Source: Candidatus Magasanikbacteria bacterium RIFOXYD1_FULL_40_23 (GTDB lineage Bacteria; Patescibacteriota; Patescibacteriia; Magasanikbacterales; GWA2-37-8). From it: a stretch of 64,000 bases of DNA. The notes under the pieces were generated by a model, which saw only the letters and a program-made list of their open reading frames with translations, was not told the DNA's origin and ran no database searches. Shown here piece after piece: positions 1 to 9,818 of this stretch. Positions within the stretch are counted from its first letter, which is position 1. Each line of letters starts with the position of its first letter. The stretch is taken from assembly GCA_001783215.1 (NCBI GenBank), contig MFRA01000001.1:157449-221448 (forward strand). The letters run 5' to 3'. The position numbers were made by a program, and so were the translations under genes.

Positions 1-308
1 AAGAAAGTATTACTACTCAACATTTTGACTGGGGGTATTTAGAAATTATTGCCGAAATGGGAGTTATCGGTTTGATTGCTTGGTTATCTTTGATTGGCTA
101 CACCATATACCATATAAGAAAATATAAAAACTTCTTTGCACCCTTAATCGCACTCTTATTTATAAATCTTACTTCCCCCGCCCTGTTTCATGTTATGGGA
201 ATAATATTTATTATTACATTTTTGGCAAATACAAAACCGGCCATCGAGACCGGTACAAATAACTTTCCTCCCCTTTTCTCCTTAAACAATCGCCCTCGCC
301 ACTGGTAA
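1..308 (+). CDS. membrane protein, C-terminal fragment (5' end lies outside the window)
   Basis: The frame is open back to the window start with no upstream stop. The sequence is hydrophobic with TM-like segments. The ORF track lists 57..308. Confidence 0.3.
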   Translation, partial: ESITTQHFDWGYLEIIAEMGVIGLIAWLSLIGYTIYHIRKYKNFFAPLIALLFINLTSPALFHVMGIIFIITFLANTKPAIETGTNNFPPLFSLNNRPRHW

Positions 309-959
309 TTCTTGGCGCGTTTTCTGCCGCATATATCGACGATAAGAAATCGCACGTACCACATTAACTGCCAGTGCAATTGCGCAAACCGTGACAGGGT
401 ATGCCAACTGCTCGAAGGTAAATTCCGAAACCGTGAATATCACGGCTGTATTGGCTACTTGGAAAAGAATCCATTCAAACAAATCCTCTGTCGTATAGTC
501 ACCCCACACCGCATAAAGCGTAGGGATGACCGCCGTAAAATCAATCATGAGATAGCAAACCAGAGCAACAAGCGCTGAGGACGTCTGCCACCAAACCGTT
601 GTAGCTACGGCGATTGCGGCCAAACAGCCTAGTTCGACAGCGTTCTTCTGGCACCACTCTTTTTTTGTTTGACTCTGGTTCTCCCTCAGCTTAGAAAAGT
701 TCCTTATCGTTTGGATAGACAAGGCCAAAGCCGTAAAGGAGATGCATCCCAAATCATTGAACAGCAAGGATAGTGCCCAAGTAGCACCGATCGCTTCGTA
801 CTCACTCTTGAGAAGAGCGATGGCCAGAATCGCCCACACAAACCAGGTAAACAGGTTTGGGCGAACCGTACCGCGTCGCATGCATTGCCACATGCGTATA
901 AAGGCTGCCAAGGCAGCCACTACAGTAATCGCTGCGGCCACGATGTTGATTGTTTGCAT
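282..959 (-). CDS. hypothetical multi-pass membrane protein
   Basis: 225-aa ORF with several hydrophobic helices. No recognisable motif. Confidence 0.45.
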   Translation of the reverse strand: MQTINIVAAAITVVAALAAFIRMWQCMRRGTVRPNLFTWFVWAILAIALLKSEYEAIGATWALSLLFNDLGCISFTALALSIQTIRNFSKLRENQSQTKKEWCQKNAVELGCLAAIAVATTVWWQTSSALVALVCYLMIDFTAVIPTLYAVWGDYTTEDLFEWILFQVANTAVIFTVSEFTFEQLAYPVTVCAIALAVNVVRAISYRRYMRQKTRQELPVARAIV

Positions 960-1029
960 GACTACCTCCCTTGGACATCAGCATAGCAAAAATGGTTTAT
1001 AAAAGCAACGAAAATTCCCCCATAACCTC

Positions 1030-1058
1030 TTGACAAAATTACAAATTATGATTAATAT
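1030..1058 (+). promoter_or_regulatory. sigma70-like promoter (TTGACA-17nt-TAATAT) upstream of the secreted-protein gene
   Basis: TTGACA at 1030-1035, a 17-nt spacer, then TAATAT at 1053-1058. The AGGAGGGG RBS and ATG at 1145 follow. Confidence 0.45.
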
Positions 1059-1144
1059 AGTCTGTCTTGCTGGTTGAGCGTGTTTAACCGTCAATCCGAC
1101 GGAAAACTACCTAAAAACAAGATCCCACCCAGGAGGGGCTGATC

Positions 1145-1786
1145 ATGAAAAAACTCATTCGTGCGTTCACACTTTTTGCACTACTGATGGCAACTACTGC
1201 CATTCTGACTACCACCCGCCAAGCTGAGGCCCAAACCTCTGGATTCTTGGGTGTGGAGTCCTCGACCAACCTCACTCCATGTGACTATCTCACCATCAAC
1301 ACTGGTCTCAACCGACAATTCAATAGTTGGTTGAGTGGAAGCGCTTTCTTCCAAGAGACGGGAGAGTGGGCTCAAGCCTATGCTGGCCCAACATGGACTC
1401 CAAACAAAGGGTTGGGCAGAGAATTAAGGGTAAACTTTTCGTTTGGAGTGGAACAAGGTCCAAACGGATTTAGACCACGCTACGCCACGTCCACATACGC
1501 CAAGTCTGGTAGACTAGTAATTTCATGGAGTGTTGAATTCAATCACAAAATATCCCGTATCAGTGATGTGTGGTATGACGCGAACCTGATGCTCGAGATC
1601 AGCCCATGGCTCTCCGTTGGTTTGAAGGATAGACTGCCAATAGGCGCCGGTCCATTCATGCAACTGCGAGTCGGCAAGGTCGAGATAGGTGCTCAGTGGG
1701 CAGTCACCCACTGGATTGAACAAGACCACCACAAAGGCTGGTTCCATCCTAAGAGCACGCTCATCTGGGCCAAGTACCACCTCTAA
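1145..1786 (+). CDS. secreted hypothetical protein
   Basis: AGGAGGGG RBS 6 nt before the ATG. N-terminal signal peptide (MKKLIRAFTLFALLMATTAILTT...AEAQ). Confidence 0.55.
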   Translation: MKKLIRAFTLFALLMATTAILTTTRQAEAQTSGFLGVESSTNLTPCDYLTINTGLNRQFNSWLSGSAFFQETGEWAQAYAGPTWTPNKGLGRELRVNFSFGVEQGPNGFRPRYATSTYAKSGRLVISWSVEFNHKISRISDVWYDANLMLEISPWLSVGLKDRLPIGAGPFMQLRVGKVEIGAQWAVTHWIEQDHHKGWFHPKSTLIWAKYHL

Positions 1787-1894
1787 TCAACTATCAGTAG
1801 ATATATACGAATGGTTACACGCGCCTTCGTACGAACTCTCAGCGTGCATAAATTTATGAACTGAATAAATAAAAATATTCAATTCCTGAACTAA

Positions 1895-1930
1895 ACAAAA
1901 AATCCTGATTTAATCAGGATTTTTTGTTTT
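1895..1930. terminator. bidirectional intrinsic terminator
   Basis: aaaaaATCCTGATTtaAATCAGGATtttttgtttt. A perfect hairpin flanked by A and T runs, sitting between convergent genes. Confidence 0.6.
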
Positions 1931-1935
1931 CTAAA

Positions 1936-2445
1936 TTATTTTCCAAGTTTTTTTCGTATCCAAGCCATTAACCTGTTCTCTTCCTTTGGGCTTGATTCTA
2001 GATGTTCAGAAATCCAAAGTTTTAATTTTAAAAAAAGTTCTTCTCTGCTAAAAGCTGGGGTATCTTTAAATTCGGCCACGTCTATCGCCCATTTGGCCAA
2101 TTCTTCATCGGATACTTTGAGCCAAAAATCATTTATCCAAAGAAATACAAGTAAGGATGTAGTAGCAACTCTCTTATTACCGTTTTGAAATGGATGATTT
2201 TTAATTAAAGAAAAGTAAAGAATAACCGCTTTATCCACTGCGGTTTCATATAAATCTTTGCCTCCATAGGTTTGTTTAGGCATTCCCAGCGAAGATTCTA
2301 ATAATTGGGTGGCATGCATCTGAAAAGAAGGAATCGGATCGTTACTATCATTAAAAATGGCCACCGCTAGAGGATGGCACATTTTTTCCATTAATTTAAT
2401 GTCGAGATAAAAAAACTTCTTGGCCATACACTCAAGCCTTATCAT
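1936..2445 (-). CDS. doc: Doc/Fic family toxin (death-on-curing-like)
   Basis: Contains HPFQNGNKRVA, matching the Doc/Fic motif HxFx(D/N)GNKR. Size is typical of Doc at about 170 aa. Confidence 0.7.
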   Translation of the reverse strand: MIRLECMAKKFFYLDIKLMEKMCHPLAVAIFNDSNDPIPSFQMHATQLLESSLGMPKQTYGGKDLYETAVDKAVILYFSLIKNHPFQNGNKRVATTSLLVFLWINDFWLKVSDEELAKWAIDVAEFKDTPAFSREELFLKLKLWISEHLESSPKEENRLMAWIRKKLGK

Positions 2446-2611
2446 GTTCTTCCAAAATCTTTAACGCACCTTTGTAATCTTTTACAGCTTTATTGGCGCC
2501 TTCCAAAACTTTTTTTTCCAGAATCTCTCTATTTTTATCTACTTTTTCTTCCGGAACAGTTTTGTTATTTGATTTTTTAAATAAATTGTAAGCCTTCTTT
2601 ATTATCGTCAT
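2433..2611 (-). CDS. small Lys-rich helical protein, putative antitoxin partner of Doc (not in ORF track, 59 aa)
   Basis: ATG at 2611 on the minus strand. Read by hand as MTIIKKAYNLFKKSNNKTVPEEKVDKNREILEKKVLEGANKAVKDYKGALKILEEHDKA*. Its stop overlaps the doc start by 13 nt, the classic type II TA arrangement. Confidence 0.4.
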
Positions 2612-2734
2612 ATATTAAAAATATATCATGAATTTACCAAGTTGTAAATATAGAGGCTTCGCCACATATATTATCATTCGTTCGAAAATTAAAAAACCCC
2701 GGCCTTAACCGAGGATTTTTAATATAAAGATTAT

Positions 2735-4279
2735 TTATACTTCGGGCTTGTTTAGTCTAGGAAACAACTGCTCTGGTTTGGCAATTTTGTTTCCTACAAT
2801 TAACTGTACCCAATTTTGTAATTCAGATAGTGGTTTGGCCAGTTCCGTGCCCACATTTAAACCTAACTGGGAGAGTAATTTTTCTGATGTTTCTGGCATT
2901 ATTGGCCAGATCATTACAGCCACATGTCGCAAACCCTCGGCCAAATGATGCAACATATTTTTTACTTCCACCTCTTTACCAGCTTTCATCATAGCCCAAG
3001 GTTGGCGATCGGAGATCATTTGGTCCGAATAAGAAATAAACTTCCAAACTGATTCTAGGGCGCGATCAAAACGCCATGCGTCCATATAATTTTTATAGTC
3101 TTTGTAAATTGTATTATTTAAAAAATCTACCATTTCTTGATTTACTTCGGTAGTTTCTGGAATTACGCTATCGCAATACTTTTCTACCATTACTAACACT
3201 CTATTGGTAAGATTTCCCAAACCATTGGCCAAATCAGCTTCATAACGTTCATCAAATTTTTTATAAGAAAAATCCCCGTCGTTATCAAATTGAATTTCTC
3301 TCATCAAGAAGTATCGTACAGCTTCTAATGGGTATTTTTCTACTAGTTCCAGAGGGTCAATTACATTGCCTACGCTTTTACTCATTTTTTGACCATCCAC
3401 GGTAATCCAACCATGCACAGCAATCTGTTTTGGTAAATCCACTCCGGCAGACATAAGCATGGCTGGCCATAAAAGAGAATGAAATCTGTTTATTTCTTTA
3501 CCGATTACGTGTGCGTTGGCAGGCCAATATGTTTTAAATAATTTATCATCGGCACTTCCCCATCCTAGGGCTGTAATATAATTGGTAAGAGCATCAAACC
3601 AAACATACATAACTTGAGTTTCGTCATCTGGAACGGCCACGCCCCAAGGTAATTTTTCTTTTACTCTAGAGATACTTACATCTTCCAAACCATTTTTTAA
3701 GATATTTTTCATTTCTTTGAAACGGTGTTCCGGATAAACAAATTCCGGATTTTTTTCAAACAAAAATTGAAGCGGCTCTTGATATTTGGATAATTTAAAA
3801 AAGTAATTTTCTTCTGATAAAGTTTCCGGCACTTTGTTGTGATCCGGGCATTTACCGTCTACTAAATCTGTTTCTAGCTTGAACGATTCACAACCAACAC
3901 AGTACAAACCTGTATAGCTTTTTTTATAAATATCACCCGTGGCCAAAGATTGTTTCCAAAACTCTTGAGCAGACTTCATATGCCTATCTTCGGTGGTACG
4001 AATAAAATCATTATTGGAAATATTCCATTCATCTGCCAACTTCAAGAATCTAGCGGACTTTTCGGCCGAAAAATCCTCTACCGTTCTATTTAGTTCCTTA
4101 GCTGTTTTAAGCATTTTTTGACCGTGCTCATCTGTACCAGTAAGAAAATATACATCCTTACCTAGCAGACGTTGATACCTAGCCATTACATCGGTATAAA
4201 GAATTTCCAAAGCAAAGCCAATGTGCGGATCTGCATTAGCGTACGGAATAGCGGTGGTGAGATAATATTTGTCCTGCAT
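2735..4279 (-). CDS. metG: methionine--tRNA ligase
   Basis: HIGH-type motif PYANADPHIGF and KMSKS motif both present. 514 aa. Confidence 0.9.
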   Translation of the reverse strand: MQDKYYLTTAIPYANADPHIGFALEILYTDVMARYQRLLGKDVYFLTGTDEHGQKMLKTAKELNRTVEDFSAEKSARFLKLADEWNISNNDFIRTTEDRHMKSAQEFWKQSLATGDIYKKSYTGLYCVGCESFKLETDLVDGKCPDHNKVPETLSEENYFFKLSKYQEPLQFLFEKNPEFVYPEHRFKEMKNILKNGLEDVSISRVKEKLPWGVAVPDDETQVMYVWFDALTNYITALGWGSADDKLFKTYWPANAHVIGKEINRFHSLLWPAMLMSAGVDLPKQIAVHGWITVDGQKMSKSVGNVIDPLELVEKYPLEAVRYFLMREIQFDNDGDFSYKKFDERYEADLANGLGNLTNRVLVMVEKYCDSVIPETTEVNQEMVDFLNNTIYKDYKNYMDAWRFDRALESVWKFISYSDQMISDRQPWAMMKAGKEVEVKNMLHHLAEGLRHVAVMIWPIMPETSEKLLSQLGLNVGTELAKPLSELQNWVQLIVGNKIAKPEQLFPRLNKPEV

Positions 4280-4287
4280 AGATTAGA

Positions 4288-4722
4288 TTAATTGCTACTA
4301 AGAGCGTTTTTTATTATATCAGAAAGTGGAACCGAATTTTTGAGTATATTATATGTGTAACTATCAACTTCGTCTAAACTAACCCAACGATATTCATCGT
4401 GTTCGTGGCTTAATTTAATTTCAGCGTTGTCATTTTTTATAATATAAATTAAACGAGACGTTGGAGTGTGATGCCCCATTGTATAACCAATCATACAACC
4501 AACCAAACGACCCATTTCAAACTCTGAGATTCCTAGTTCTTCTTGAATTTCTCGACGAAACGCCATTTCGGCAGTAGAGCTATCCAATTCTTCTACCTCA
4601 ATTCTCCCACCTGGCAATTCCCAATAATCAAAGCCGGCCGCACACATAATAAGGCACTTTCCATCGCGGATTAAAGCACCCCATTGGCTAATTGTAAATT
4701 TTTCATGCTCTTTATTCGCCAT
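4288..4722 (-). CDS. NUDIX hydrolase
   Basis: Nudix box GGRIEVEE...REIQEELGI. Confidence 0.75.
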   Translation of the reverse strand: MANKEHEKFTISQWGALIRDGKCLIMCAAGFDYWELPGGRIEVEELDSSTAEMAFRREIQEELGISEFEMGRLVGCMIGYTMGHHTPTSRLIYIIKNDNAEIKLSHEHDEYRWVSLDEVDSYTYNILKNSVPLSDIIKNALSSN

Positions 4723-4725
4723 ATT

Positions 4726-5418
4726 CTATCTTGAATTTATCACAACCACAAACTCACCTCTTTCGTCCTGCATAACTTCAGAAACTTCTCCAATAGTCCC
4801 TCGATAGATAGTTTCAAATTTTTTTGTTACCTCCCTGCAAATCATTACTTGTCTTTTTGCATCCAACACTTCTTTTAATTCTTGCAAACATTTTTTTATT
4901 CTATGACCAGATTCGTAAAACACCACCATAAATTCGCAAGCCGATACTTCCTTAAAATATTTTTGGCGTTTATTTTTGTGTGGCGGGAATCCCATGAAAA
5001 CAAACTTATCTGTCGGAAAACCAGATATAGACAGAGCTGCCACAATAGCCGAAGCGCCTGGTATCGGTACAACTTCTACTAGTTTAGAAAAACTTACAAT
5101 TTGTTTAATAAGCAATCCACCCGGATCACTAATTCCTGGTGTGCCCGCATCGGTTACCAGAGCCAAATTTTTGCCATCTTCCAACATTCCTATGATTTCC
5201 TTTATCTTTTTACCTTCGGTATGCTGATGATAACTGATAAGTGGCTTGGATATCTCATAATGCTCTAGCAAATTTTTGGTTACCCTAGTATCTTCGCACA
5301 AAATAAGATCAGCATTTTTCAATGTTTCTATGGCTCTAAGCGTTATGTCACCCAAATTACCAATGGGAGTAGCTACAATATATAGTTTTCCTGAGGTCAT
5401 ATAGCCATATATTAGCAA
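4726..5418 (-). CDS. rsmI: 16S rRNA (cytidine1402-2'-O)-methyltransferase RsmI (tetrapyrrole methylase family)
   Basis: N-terminal LYIVATPIGNLGDITLRAIETLKNADLILCEDTR is characteristic of RsmI. Confidence 0.8.
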   Translation of the reverse strand: MLIYGYMTSGKLYIVATPIGNLGDITLRAIETLKNADLILCEDTRVTKNLLEHYEISKPLISYHQHTEGKKIKEIIGMLEDGKNLALVTDAGTPGISDPGGLLIKQIVSFSKLVEVVPIPGASAIVAALSISGFPTDKFVFMGFPPHKNKRQKYFKEVSACEFMVVFYESGHRIKKCLQELKEVLDAKRQVMICREVTKKFETIYRGTIGEVSEVMQDERGEFVVVINSR

Positions 5419-5441
5419 TAATGCCTGGAAAAATCAATTAT

Positions 5442-5873
5442 CTAGGGCTTTTTATCTGCTCTGAAGAATAGGCATACTGCCCAGCTAACCCCAAAGATTG
5501 TGGCGCCAAGCATACCCATAAACATATCTTTCATTGTATCTGCCACGCTAGGCTGGGCATTTGTAAGAAGGTATAAATCCGAAAGATACTCATAAAACTC
5601 CCAAACTACCGTAATAGACATAACAAAAATCAGGATTATAAAAAAATCTACTACTTTGTTTAAGGTGTTAAGCAATTTAAACTTCTTAACTAAATCCAAA
5701 AGATAATATGCAAATATAGCTGTGCTTACTCCGCCCAAAAAATGCACCAACCTGTTTGGCCACCAGATAGTATGGTAACCATCCCAACCAATATCCCAAG
5801 CATACCCAAGTAGATAAACAAAAAGCATGGGTAATAGCATTTTGGCAAATAATTTTATACTCAGGTGTTGCAT
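5442..5873 (-). CDS. hypothetical membrane protein
   Basis: Four hydrophobic helices. No recognisable motif. Confidence 0.45.
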   Translation of the reverse strand: MQHLSIKLFAKMLLPMLFVYLLGYAWDIGWDGYHTIWWPNRLVHFLGGVSTAIFAYYLLDLVKKFKLLNTLNKVVDFFIILIFVMSITVVWEFYEYLSDLYLLTNAQPSVADTMKDMFMGMLGATIFGVSWAVCLFFRADKKP

Positions 5874-5874
5874 A

Positions 5875-6186
5875 TTAATCTTCTAGCAGTTTATCTAAAT
5901 TAGCTTCCTTTTCTTTTTGAGTTAGTGGTTTTGTTTCTGCAGCTTTTTCTATTTTATCCATTACATTGTCCGGAGTTGCTCCCATAACAAAATTGCTATT
6001 TACCAACATGTTTGGACCAAAATCACAACCCCCTAAACAGGCGCTATAATCTAGATCAAAATTTTTGTTCTTTTCTCCAAGAGCAAGACCGGTTTCGTCT
6101 TCTATTTTTTTCAACACTGCCTCGGCTCCGTTCTCCATACAAGAACAATCTTGGCATACTCTTACCACTGTAGGTTTTTTAGCCAT
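5875..6186 (-). CDS. thioredoxin-like [2Fe-2S] ferredoxin family protein
   Basis: Cys pattern CxxCxC ... CxxxC. Located immediately downstream of the cysteine desulfurase. Confidence 0.5.
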   Translation of the reverse strand: MAKKPTVVRVCQDCSCMENGAEAVLKKIEDETGLALGEKNKNFDLDYSACLGGCDFGPNMLVNSNFVMGATPDNVMDKIEKAAETKPLTQKEKEANLDKLLED

Positions 6187-6187
6187 A

Positions 6188-7414
6188 CTAATTCATTCTC
6201 GATATTTCTCGTAATTTTTTTACAGTCGCTGGCAAATATTTCATTAAATAATCTATATCTTTTTTGGTATTGCGCATGCCAAGCGAAAATCTGGCTGCAC
6301 CTCTGGCTTCAACTGCTGGAATACCTAAAGCTTTTAGCACATGAGATGGTTCTAATGTTCTGGCAGCACAAGCAGACCCCGTAGAACACATAATGCCGTA
6401 TTCATCTAAGTATAGAAGCAATGCCTCGCCCTCTGTGTCTAAAAAAGAAATATTTAAATTGTTTGGCAATCTTTGTGGGCCTATTTCCGGACCATTTAGC
6501 CTAATATCTGGAATTAATTTGTGGATTTTTTCCCAAAGATATTTGAGTAGAACTTCCAAACGAGCTGATTCTTTTTCTCTATTTTTTTGCGCTAATTCTA
6601 AAGCTTTTACCAAACCTGCAATACCAGGGGTATTTTCTGTACCAGAACGTGCACCTCTCTCTTGATCTCCACCCATAATTTGAGGCTTAATTGTTACGCC
6701 CCTGCGAACGTAGAGCATGCCGACCCCCTTTGGTCCGTAAATTTTACTGCCGCTTATCGCCATTAGGTCTACATGTAATTTTTCTACATCCAAATCTAAA
6801 TACCCAGCCGCCTGGCAAGCATCTGTGTGAAAAAATGGATAGATAGTATTGTTTGTTTTTCTGTATTGCAAAATCTGTTTGCCTATTTCGGGGATCGGAT
6901 AAATAGTACCAATTTCGTTGTTGGCATAAGCCAAGGAAATAAGTACTGTATCTGGGCGGATAGCCTTTACGATATCTCCGATTTTAATAAATCCTTTGCT
7001 ATCTGGCTGAACGTATGTGATTTCCCAGCCTTGTTTTTTTAAGTCTTCCAGAGAATTGATAACTGCATGGTGTTCTATCGGTGAAGAGATAATATGCTTG
7101 CCATGCTTTTCGTGAGCTTTGGCTATGCCATAAATTGCCAAGTTGTCGGATTCTGTACCACCGCTGGTAAAGACAATATTTTCTGGTAAAGCACCAATTA
7201 AATCTGCTGCCATACGACGGCTGTCCTTTAGCCCCATCTCCGCTTTTTTGCCTTCACTATGCAAAGAAGATGGATTACCAAAATCTTTATTAAAAAAAGG
7301 CATCATGGCAGCGAGCGCCTGATTACTCAAATAAGTCCCAGCCGCATGATCGAAGTATGCGCTTTTTTTGTCTTTGCTTTTTGAGTTAGGTTTTTTCTTT
7401 GGTGCCGTAAGCAT
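6188..7414 (-). CDS. cysteine desulfurase (NifS/IscS family, class V aminotransferase)
   Basis: PLP-lysine region SGSKIYGPKG, and the active-site loop MCSTGSACAAR. Confidence 0.85.
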   Translation of the reverse strand: MLTAPKKKPNSKSKDKKSAYFDHAAGTYLSNQALAAMMPFFNKDFGNPSSLHSEGKKAEMGLKDSRRMAADLIGALPENIVFTSGGTESDNLAIYGIAKAHEKHGKHIISSPIEHHAVINSLEDLKKQGWEITYVQPDSKGFIKIGDIVKAIRPDTVLISLAYANNEIGTIYPIPEIGKQILQYRKTNNTIYPFFHTDACQAAGYLDLDVEKLHVDLMAISGSKIYGPKGVGMLYVRRGVTIKPQIMGGDQERGARSGTENTPGIAGLVKALELAQKNREKESARLEVLLKYLWEKIHKLIPDIRLNGPEIGPQRLPNNLNISFLDTEGEALLLYLDEYGIMCSTGSACAARTLEPSHVLKALGIPAVEARGAARFSLGMRNTKKDIDYLMKYLPATVKKLREISRMN

Positions 7415-7418
7415 ACAT

Positions 7419-8000
7419 TTAGAAAGGCAAGGTTAAGTTTATGTTTTTAGCTGCACTTGATTTTGATTTATCCGAAGATATTGTTTCAAAATTAACGCCA
7501 AATGGTAAAACTTCTCCGGTTAGGTTTTTATAAAATAACTGTTTGTTATTTTTTCCAAACTCATATACTTCTTTAGTTACTTTTACATCTTGTTCACAAT
7601 ACTTTTTTATTTCGTCTATTTTACCTTCTTTCCACCACTTCATAGCTTGCAAACCGTCTGCGCTTTTGGTTATGTCTAGAGTTGCTTCGGCTACATCATT
7701 TAATCTTAGTCTTCGACCGATTGATTCTTTAATCACTTTGAGCAAATCTAAATGAGGAAAAACGGTAAGATCTCCTGGGTAATAACGATTAAGAATTGGA
7801 ATATCAAAATGTTCGCTATTATATCCAATAAGTCTGGTAGTTTTTTCTAAAATTGGCCATAGTTTGCCAAGCTCGCTACGTTCAAAAGAACTGTATTTGT
7901 CGTGTTCGTATTCATAAATAGAGACAACCGTAACCTCCATAGTTGTAAGGTCGGTAATATCGCCTATTGTTTCTATATCGAAAACTATTTCACTTGGCAT
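7419..8000 (-). CDS. DnaQ-like (DEDD) 3'-5' exonuclease domain protein
   Basis: Exo I motif FDIETIGD and Exo II-like GYNSEHFDIPIL. Confidence 0.45.
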   Translation of the reverse strand: MPSEIVFDIETIGDITDLTTMEVTVVSIYEYEHDKYSSFERSELGKLWPILEKTTRLIGYNSEHFDIPILNRYYPGDLTVFPHLDLLKVIKESIGRRLRLNDVAEATLDITKSADGLQAMKWWKEGKIDEIKKYCEQDVKVTKEVYEFGKNNKQLFYKNLTGEVLPFGVNFETISSDKSKSSAAKNINLTLPF

Positions 8001-8001
8001 A

Positions 8002-9135
8002 TTAATTTGTGCTAATAGGATATAAAATTACTTCAACGTTATCTATTATTTTTTGATCTATACTTTCTTCTATTTTTAAAATTCGGTCCAGCTTGGCTTT
8101 GGTTTCCGGATGTTTGGCTACAAACAAACTACAACAATCTTCGTATGGACGAATAGAGGTAGCCAGAGTGCCAATGGTTCGGGCGGTGTCTATTATATCT
8201 TTTTTATTTGTTCCTATCAACGGGGACATTTTGAGAAGCGAAGATGCGGCATAGATAACGGACATATTTTCCAAAGTCTGCGAAGCTACCTGGCCCAAAC
8301 TATCTCCAGTCACTAGTGCCAAACATTTATTTTCACGCGCTACTCTGTCGGCAATTTTGTTAAAAATTCTGCGAGTCACAATCATTCTATATTGAGCCGG
8401 AATCTTCATGATAATTTGTTTTTGGATCTCAGCAAACGGCACCATAAACAACTGTACTCCCGGCTGGTATCGCGACAAAATTTTGGCCAAATCAAATATT
8501 TTGGCGCTTACCTCTTCGGTAACAGTTGTTTGATTTTGAAAATGGATCAAATCTACATTGGCGCCTCTAGTCATCATTTTGTATACAGCCACAGGGCTAT
8601 CTATACCACCCGAAAGTAGAGCCATTACTTTGCCACAACTGCCAGTTGGCAGACCACCAGCAGCATTGTGAGTATTACCAAAAATATATGTATCGTCTTT
8701 ACCAACAGAGATATGTACATTTAAATCAGAATTGTTCAAAGCTACTTTCCAACCATATTTTACTCGCACATACTCGCCTATTTCTTTTTCTATCTCCAAA
8801 GACGAAGAAGGAAATTTCTTGTAAGATCTTTCGGCAGAAATACGAAATGTTTTTGTATTACCCTCGCTTTTTACCAGCTCATCTACAGCCTGCTTAATAC
8901 TTTCTATGGAACTGTCTGCTTTAAAGGCTATAGCGTAATTGGCAAACCCTGGCACAAGAGCCAACTGTTCCAACTGTTCGGGTAATACATTTTCCACCCA
9001 CAAAGACCCCTCTGTGCGTTTTATGTTTATTTTCGGAAAAAGCACTCTTAAATTATCCATTAGGCGTTTATAAAAAATAGGTTGGTTAGAGCCTTTTAGG
9101 AAGATTTCATCTATATGGATAATCAGGTTTAACAT
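8002..9135 (-). CDS. thiI: tRNA 4-thiouridine synthase ThiI (THUMP + PP-loop)
   Basis: PP-loop SGGIDSPVA. Length and domain order are typical. Adjacent to the cysteine desulfurase. Confidence 0.85.
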   Translation of the reverse strand: MLNLIIHIDEIFLKGSNQPIFYKRLMDNLRVLFPKINIKRTEGSLWVENVLPEQLEQLALVPGFANYAIAFKADSSIESIKQAVDELVKSEGNTKTFRISAERSYKKFPSSSLEIEKEIGEYVRVKYGWKVALNNSDLNVHISVGKDDTYIFGNTHNAAGGLPTGSCGKVMALLSGGIDSPVAVYKMMTRGANVDLIHFQNQTTVTEEVSAKIFDLAKILSRYQPGVQLFMVPFAEIQKQIIMKIPAQYRMIVTRRIFNKIADRVARENKCLALVTGDSLGQVASQTLENMSVIYAASSLLKMSPLIGTNKKDIIDTARTIGTLATSIRPYEDCCSLFVAKHPETKAKLDRILKIEESIDQKIIDNVEVILYPISTN

Positions 9136-9270
9136 AAATCTTGATTTGCCTCTATTCTACAGTCTTTTTTTAAATTGTAAACCCCCACAAGTTGACTTTT
9201 TAAATAATTTTAACTATCTTTATCATTAAAGGAGCTGTGCTAATGCCACCAAAAAACTTCACTATCCCAG

Positions 9271-9498
9271 ATGATAGCTTGCTTGAACAAATGCCGTGTA
9301 GATACCGGGCGAGAAAGTCAGGCTAAAGTCATAGGTGATGCAATTTACGTCTACAATCTGTTGGTGGAAGCGGCCAAAAACGGCGACAGAATCTTCATCG
9401 GCAAGTTTATGGACGTTAAAAATAGAGAAGTCGTGATGAAGGCACTTAACGAAGCCCGAGAAAAAGCACGCAAAGCTAATCTCCACCTAGTTCCTTAG
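9271..9498 (+). CDS. hypothetical protein
   Basis: 75-aa ORF in a GC-elevated segment. A competing minus-strand ORF (9262..9486) looks less protein-like. An AAGGAG RBS at 9229 precedes an out-of-frame ATG at 9243, so a frameshift is possible. Confidence 0.25.
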   Translation: MIACLNKCRVDTGRESQAKVIGDAIYVYNLLVEAAKNGDRIFIGKFMDVKNREVVMKALNEAREKARKANLHLVP

Positions 9499-9509
9499 CG
9501 TTCCATTTT

Positions 9510-9818
9510 ATGAACCAGAAGTCACACTTTCATAATCTGGCCAAACGATGCATGCTCTTTATAAAACGCAACGGAACAATCATAAGTATTGAAGCTATGT
9601 CGGATTTTTGTTTTTCGTCCATAAGGCTGGAATACCAGCACGAAAATCTTGCAACAGAATTTGAACATACCTACTCGAAGAATAGCCAAGATTGCTGGAT
9701 ACGCATAAAGAAAGGCGTTGGGTTGGTTTTCGAAACTAGCGGGCTATTCACAAAATCATGGCACTTCATTACTTTGAGATACGTTGCCGGTGATTGGGAA
9801 AAGGAAATTATCATATGA
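9510..9818 (+). CDS. hypothetical protein
   Basis: 102-aa ORF with no recognisable motif. Confidence 0.35.
   Translation: MNQKSHFHNLAKRCMLFIKRNGTIISIEAMSDFCFSSIRLEYQHENLATEFEHTYSKNSQDCWIRIKKGVGLVFETSGLFTKSWHFITLRYVAGDWEKEIII

Noticed and set aside
188-578. Overlapping ORFs 188..379 (-) and 312..578 (+) from the six-frame track
   Set aside because: They are wholly inside or antisense to the better-supported membrane-protein ORF 282..959 (-). They have no RBS and read as shadow frames.
9262-9486. Minus-strand ORF competing with 9271..9498 (+)
   Set aside because: The translation is less protein-like (FACFFSGFVKCLHHDF…) and has no RBS, so the + ORF was kept, but only at low confidence.
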